From Cyanophora paradoxa CCMP329 (taxonomy: Eukaryota; Plantae; Glaucophyta): a stretch of DNA of 64,000 nucleotides. The stretch lies in NCBI GenBank assembly GCA_004431415.1, contig QPMI01000154.1:36286-100285 (forward strand), read 5' to 3'. Below are positions 58,740-64,000 of this stretch, piece by piece. The position numbers were made by a program, and so were the translations under genes. Each line of letters starts with the position of its first letter. Position 1 is the stretch's first letter. The notes below the pieces were generated by a model. That model ran no database searches. It was not told where the DNA came from and saw only the letters and a program-made list of their open reading frames with translations.

Positions 58740-61700
58740 CTAGGCGGCAAGGGCGGCGCGGGCGGCGGCGAGGGCGGCCTCGAGGGCGGGGCCCCCGCGA
58801 GGGCGGCGAGGCCGGCCCGCAGCGCCCGCCGCCCCTTCCCGCGCTCAGCTCCCACTCCTCCCGCGCCCTGCGCCCCCGCCGCCGCCCCGGATCAAATTCG
58901 AGATCAAATCGAGGCCTAGGCCTAGGCGGGCGGGGCGGGGCCGGGGGCGCACGTTTCGCAGCGGGCCTCGAGGAACGCGAGGGCGAGGGCCGTCGCCCAC
59001 AGCTGCGGCGCCCCCGCCAGCCCCGCCCTGCCCGGCGAGGTCACACGAGGGGCGGGGCGGGTCGAAGCTGCGGGGGCGGTTCGGGGCGCACGGGGCGGCG
59101 GCGGCGGCGAGGGCGGCGAGGGGCCGGCCGAGGGCGCGCGCAAGGGCCTCGGTCAGCGCCCACGCGCCGGCGGCGCCCTGCGCGCGCGAGTCAAGAAAGG
59201 GAAGGGAGGGACGGGGCCGGAGGGGAAGGGGCGGGCCTGGAGGAGGACGACGGCGTCGTGCGGGCGCTCCTCGCCGCCCGCGGAAGGCTCGCGCTCGCGC
59301 TCGCGCTCCATCCGCAGGTACGCGGGCGCCGCCCCGCCCGGCGCCGCCGGCGCCGCCGATGCGCAGGGCGCCATCGCGCAGGGCGCCGGCGGCGGGGGCA
59401 TCGGGCACGGGGCGGGGCGGGCGTCCCACATCATCTCCTCGTCCGCCTCGGCCGCGAGCTCGGCCTCGGGCTCGGGCTCGCAGGGCGCCGCCGCCATCTT
59501 CATCCGCCGCTGCCGCGCGCGCGCGCTCGTCGGCCGCAGTCGGGCGGGCGGGGGGCGAGCGAGCGAGCGAGGGAACGGCGGGGAAGGATGACGGACCATG
59601 GGGGCACACTTCTTCTTGGGGGCCGAGACGCGCGGGGGCGGAGGGGGCGGGGGCGGGGCCTGCGGGGCCTGCGCGGCCGGCGCGCCGCACCCGTCCCCGA
59701 AGAGGTCGTACCCCGAGCAGTCCTCGTCCTCGTCCTCGCACTCTTCGCGCATAGAGGACCTGGCGAAGAACATGCCCGGGGGCGCGGCCGCGCAGGGCGC
59801 AGGGCAGGCCGCCGCCCCCACCGCGAAGTACTCAGGCGCCTCGCCCTGCGGGCGCGGGTTGAGCGAGGAGCGGAGCGCGGGGCGGGGCGGGGCGGGGCGG
59901 GGCGGACGCGGGGGAGGAGGGTGGGCACGACGGAGAGGCGCATGGGCTCGGAGGCGGGGGCAGCCCCCGGACGCTCCTCGACGGCCACGAAGGCGGTGCG
60001 CGAGGAGGTCACGCCGTGCCGCAGCGCCACCTGAACGAAGCAAAGCGTAGCGTAGCGTAGCGCGGGCTTCGTGAGTATAATACGATAGGTTCGAGTACGA
60101 ACGCAAGGGAAGCGACGACCTCGAGCACGCGGGCGGAGACTTCGGCCTCCGTGCGGCCGGCCAGCAGCGCCCCGTCGCGCCCGTGCAGCGCGCTGGCCCC
60201 CTCCTGCAGGTCCCGCACCGCCGCCCGCCCCGCCAGCCGCCACACGGACCCGGCCTCCCGCGCCGCCGGCACGGGCACCGAGAGCTCGACGGGCCCCGCC
60301 CGGCGCTGCGCCCGCAGCGACACGGCCGGCGGCGGGGCGGGCCCCGGCGGCAGCACGGCGTACACCACCAGCCGGTCGCCCTGCGGCCCCGGCGGCCCGC
60401 GTCAAGAAAAAAAGACGGCGGCGGCTAAGGCAGAGGCGAAGGCGGACCAGGAAGCAGGGGCGGAGGGCGTGCGGGGCCTGCTGGGCAGACGGGCTGCCCC
60501 AGTCGAGGGCGGGGGCCGCCAGCGAGGGCTGCGCGGCCCGCCGCAGCTGCCGCAGGACGGCGCGCTCGACGCGCTCGCCGTCTCCGATGAACTCGGCCTG
60601 GCCGCCGCCGGCCCGGGCCACGCCCCGCACGAGGTGCTCGCTGGCGCCGGAGCCGATCCCCACGCTGAAGACGCGCGCCTCGGCCGCGTGCCGCCGCACC
60701 AGCCGGATCACCTGCTCCGTGTTGCTCACCTGCGCCCCGCCGCCGCCGGGGCGTTAGCTCACAAAGCGAAAGCGAAGCAAAGCTTCGAGATCTGACCTCG
60801 CCGTCGGTGAGGAGGAAGATCTGGCGGGGGAAGAGCGGGTCCGGCGGCCCCGCGAAGATCGCCTGCCGCGCCCCGTCAGCTCCAGCCTCGCGGGGGGCGG
60901 GCGGGCGGGTGGCAGCGGCGCGCCTCGAGGACGGGCAGGAGCTCCGTGCCGCCGAGGTCCGCCCCGATCTGCAGCGCCGCGCGACGTCAGGCGCGGCTGC
61001 ACGGCGGCGGGGGCGGGGGGGGGGGGGGGGGGGCGTCGGCGGCGAGAGATAGTCTAGGTATCCCAGGGTAGCCTAGGCCCAAGGCGGACGTGCAGAGGGC
61101 GTGCAGAGAGAGTTGGGAGTTGGTGTGTGTGTGTGTGTGGGGGGGGGGGGTAGCGGACGTCGGCGACGTGGGCGGCGGCGGCGGCGATGCTCGCGTCGTC
61201 GTACCCCCGGCTCTCGTCGAAGAGCCGCACGAACAGGTCCCCGAAGCCTGCGCCGAAGTTAGCACAAGCCTCGGGGCGGGACGGGGCGGGAGGGCGGGGC
61301 GGGGCGGGCCGAGGACGTTGAAGCGGGATCCGACCGGGAGGGAGCGGAGCATGAGCTGGAGCGCGTTCTTGGACTGCTCGATCTTGGAGCCCTCCATCGA
61401 GCCGCTGCGGTCGACGAGGAAGAGGTACTCGGCCCGCGCCTCCTCATCCTCGCCCCACTCCGGGCACAGCGCCACCGCCAGCGCCACCGTCCCGTCCGGC
61501 CCGCGCTCCGCCCACGCCCGCGCCGCGTGCGGCTCCCGCTGCGCGATCTGCCAGCCCGCGCTTCAGCCGCAGAGGCGGGGCGGGGCGGGGCGGGCGCGCC
61601 TCGATGACGAAGGCGCCGTCGAGCGGCTGGTCCCGCGTGAGCCGCACCCGCGCCGTCCGCCCGCTGATCTCCGCCTCTGCCGTGCGGGCGGCGTCAAATG

Positions 61701-62464
61701 CGGCGGCGCGCGTGGCGTAGGCGCAGGCGCGCGCGCGCGTGCGTCGGGGCGGGCGGGGCGCACGGAAGGCAGCGGGGTGGGACGGGGAGGCGACGGCGGC
61801 GACGTCGGACGGCATCTCGACCTCCAGCGCGGCGCTCATGCGGTACGGCACGTCGGCGGCCACAGCGAGCGGCTGCACGTCGGGCGCCGCGTCGCCGCCG
61901 CCGGCGCGGGGCGAGGCCGGCGTGTAGCGCGGCGCGACGGTCGTCGGGAGGCTGAAGCGGACGACGCCGTCGGCGCCGCACGGCAGCTCCGCCGCGTACG
62001 TGATCCGCAGCGCGCAGCGGCCGCCCGGCGGGAGGTTCCCGACGCTCGCCGTGAAGACGTCGGCCGCGTCTTCCTCCAGGAGGTACCCCCCGCCGCCCCG
62101 CGCGATGGCCCGCCCGTACTCCTCGGCCGCCGCCTCTTTCTCGCGCACGGCGCCCACGACGCGCCGGCCCGCGACCTCCGCCTCGAAGCCGCTCACCGCG
62201 GCGCCCTCCGGCAGCGGGAAGCGGTACACCGCCTCGATGGGTGCCGTCCCCTCGTTTGCGTACGTCTGCTCCACAGTCACCTCGCAGAAGAAGCCTGCGG
62301 CGAGGGGCCTTCAGAGGGGCGACGAGAGCGGATCCCTGCAGCATCTAGCAGCGGGGCCACTGCTCCGCACCGTCAATGCGGCCGGTCACCGCGACGGCCT
62401 TGAGCGGGACGCGGGACGCGTCCGCGCCCTTCGAGAAGAGGCCAGACATCGCTTCGACGTCCAT
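58740..62464 (-). CDS. VWA5A: VIT + von Willebrand A domain protein (VWA5A-like), multi-exon; last codons uncertain
   Basis: VTVEQTYANEGTAPIEAVYRFPLPEGAAVSGFEAEV...FTASVGNLPP (VIT); YLFLVDRSGSMEG (MIDAS), IFLLTDGE-VSN, RVFSVGIGSGAS..LVRGVARAGGG (vWA); VTSSRTAFVAV; WATALALAFL..EEWEL. Confidence 0.9.
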
Positions 62465-63521
62465 GGTTGCTGGTCTGCTCCCGAGGGCGGATGCCAGGTC
62501 ACTTGCACTTGGACGGACGGTGATGGATGCTTTGAGCTCGCTCGCAGCTGCTGGGGACTGTGTCTGAAGGAAGGCGCGGCTAGTAGGTCGACCGCTGGCG
62601 CCGCTCAGAATGAGCGGCAGCGTGGGACGCTCAGGCTCAGTCCAGATGAACGCGACGCTGTACCCGGAGAAGCCGCAGATCCTAGCCGCCTAGCCAACGG
62701 CTAGACGCGGGCTTGGTGACGGCTAGACGACGCGATGGCAGGCGCGCGGCGTGCGCGCGCGGCGTTCCGAGCGCGCGGGGCCACGCGAACGCAAGCATGC
62801 GCACAGCTTCCGAAGTTCTCCTTCCGCTCTGATCGCGCGAGGCTCCGGGCCGCTCGCGATCGGCGTGCGCCGCGCAGGATCGAGCTAGCGCCGCAGGAGA
62901 GGCCGGCCGATCCGATGATCGCGAATACGGCCGCGGCCGGCGCCTAAATGCATGCAGCGCTCGCTGCAGCGGGCCTCCTGGAGTACTACGATAGGGAAAC
63001 TTCCCTTAAGCTTTAGCTTCTCTCCATCGATCCTGCGCATGCGCGCTAGCGCTGAATTAAGCTCAATTTACGCTCCTCTTAATTTTGGCCCTCTCTAAGC
63101 TTGACTCCCCTGCGGCACATTTAGCTCGATCTAGATCGAACGCAGCGCCACACATGTACAGCGAGCTGTGTGGGTCTGTTCATTAAAGGCGAATTCGCGA
63201 ATCGAGCTGGATTCTGGGGTTTTCGCAGGTTCATTCGGGCCTGACGCGCCCTTCATTCAGAGGTTTCGCGCGCGCCGGTACTGATCGCACGCACCGCAGC
63301 CCGTGGCCTAGCAGCCTCGCTCGATTCGATCGCGCACCCCTGGATTCGAAGATTTCGCAGGTGCTTCCGATGCAGGGGCGCGAAATCGCGAGGGCGCGAA
63401 ATCGCGAGGGATCGCGAGGGTGCAAGTCCTAGCTATAGGCCTGCATTTCTCGCCTGCAGAGGGCTCCGAACCTTCAGAAAATCGAGATCCGACACTCCCG
63501 CGCCTCAGATTGCGGGCGGCT

Positions 63522-64000
63522 ATGCAAGCAGAAGTCTTTCCGCTGTCCTTCGACTTATTCGACGACCCAGCCGACGAAAGCCGGGCCGAGGCGTTTTGGC
63601 GAGAGGTCCTGAAGCTCAGCGGCTCGCGATCAGAGACCGCAGCTCTGAAGGAGGCGCTGAGGCGGCGGCGGACGAGCGCGTCAGCGGACGTGCGGGCCGC
63701 GTACCGCGTCGGCAGCGAAAGCTTCCCCTCCGTCGTCGCGGCCTGGCACGAGACGCTCACCTTTCGCGGCGAGACGCACGTCGTCGGGGGCGTGTGTTTC
63801 CAAGCGGACCCCGCCGAAGCTCGAGGTGCTTCGGGTTTAATTTTAGTTTTGCTTTGAGACACCGATTCACACCGAATTTTGCGCAGAAGGCTGCTGGTTC
63901 GAGATGGAACCCCTGTATTCAAGTTCTGAATTTCTAAAAGTGAATCCGGATCCGTACGACCTCGTCAAAGCGCACAGTTCGGACCGCTTGAGCTTCGACT
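63522..64000 (+). CDS. 5' part of a hypothetical protein running off the window end
   Basis: MQAEVFPLSFDLFDD...VCFQADPAEAR, phase-consistent GT-AG intron (~63826-63887), then EGCWFEMEPLYSSSEFLKVNPDPYDLVKAH. Confidence 0.6.

Larger units (their letters stand above)
48330..59544. repeat. Tandem segmental duplication: copy A ~48330-53788, copy B ~53840-59544
   Basis: Collinear upstream element, LamG gene, 3' intergenic region (52550-52980 vs 58318-58741 nearly identical) and VWA gene 3' end. Confidence 0.95.

Noticed and set aside
58740-58850. Apparent frameshifts in the last VWA exon
   Set aside because: They fall in G/C homopolymer runs, one of which differs between the duplicate copies (C4 versus C3); likely sequencing error, so the gene is not called a pseudogene.
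48330-59544. Fungal-type RIP acting on the segmental duplication
   Set aside because: Differences between the copies are not dominated by CpA-to-TpA transitions, and long stretches are identical.
3700-62700. Hundreds of long Arg/Gly/Pro/Ala-rich ORFs in the ORF track (e.g. 12814-14874, 22275-23798, 42693-44012, 61090-62403)
   Set aside because: Expected from stop-codon scarcity at very high GC; they are antisense, off-frame or intron read-through of the spliced genes.
1-64000. tRNA, rRNA and telomeric arrays
   Set aside because: No cloverleaf with T/D-loop consensus, rRNA signature or tandem telomere repeat was recognised by eye; a tRNAscan-SE/Infernal run would be needed to exclude them fully.

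Overview
Eukaryotic nuclear DNA from a very GC-rich, intron-dense organism. Introns are mostly 50-90 nt with GTGCGC/GTCCGC donors, CTGAC-type branch points and GCGCAG acceptors. PACRG implies a flagellated lineage; the style resembles a glaucophyte-like alga, but the taxon cannot be established from this window. Most ORF-track entries are antisense or off-frame artefacts, so genes were rebuilt by hand from exons and their boundaries are approximate. Recognisable host genes: subtilisin precursor (5' part), ARL6IP4/SR-25, F-box/LRR, CDT1, a small ubiquitin-like protein, PACRG, an ADCY10-type soluble cyclase-STAND-TPR protein, a large AT-rich multipass membrane protein, a GT77-type glycosyltransferase, an EF-hand protein, a 7TM-like protein, two tandem secreted LamG proteins and a VIT-vWA (VWA5A-like) gene. 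The most unusual parts are five. (1) The first ~1.7 kb is an AT-rich, intronless, virus-like segment abutting a subtilisin intron; it carries an HNH-AP2 gene split at an in-frame G_GGA_AAG slippery heptamer. (2) A ~2.4 kb apparently non-coding element (10.4-12.8 kb) contains two diverged ~284-bp units with compensatory stem changes around a conserved ACCGTAAAAC loop. (3) A ~5.5 kb tandem duplication has a diverged LamG domain but near-identical flanks. (4) Paralog comparison shows fold-back micro-palindrome insertions. (5) There are two related TA-flanked MITEs. No rRNA, tRNA or CRISPR array was recognised.
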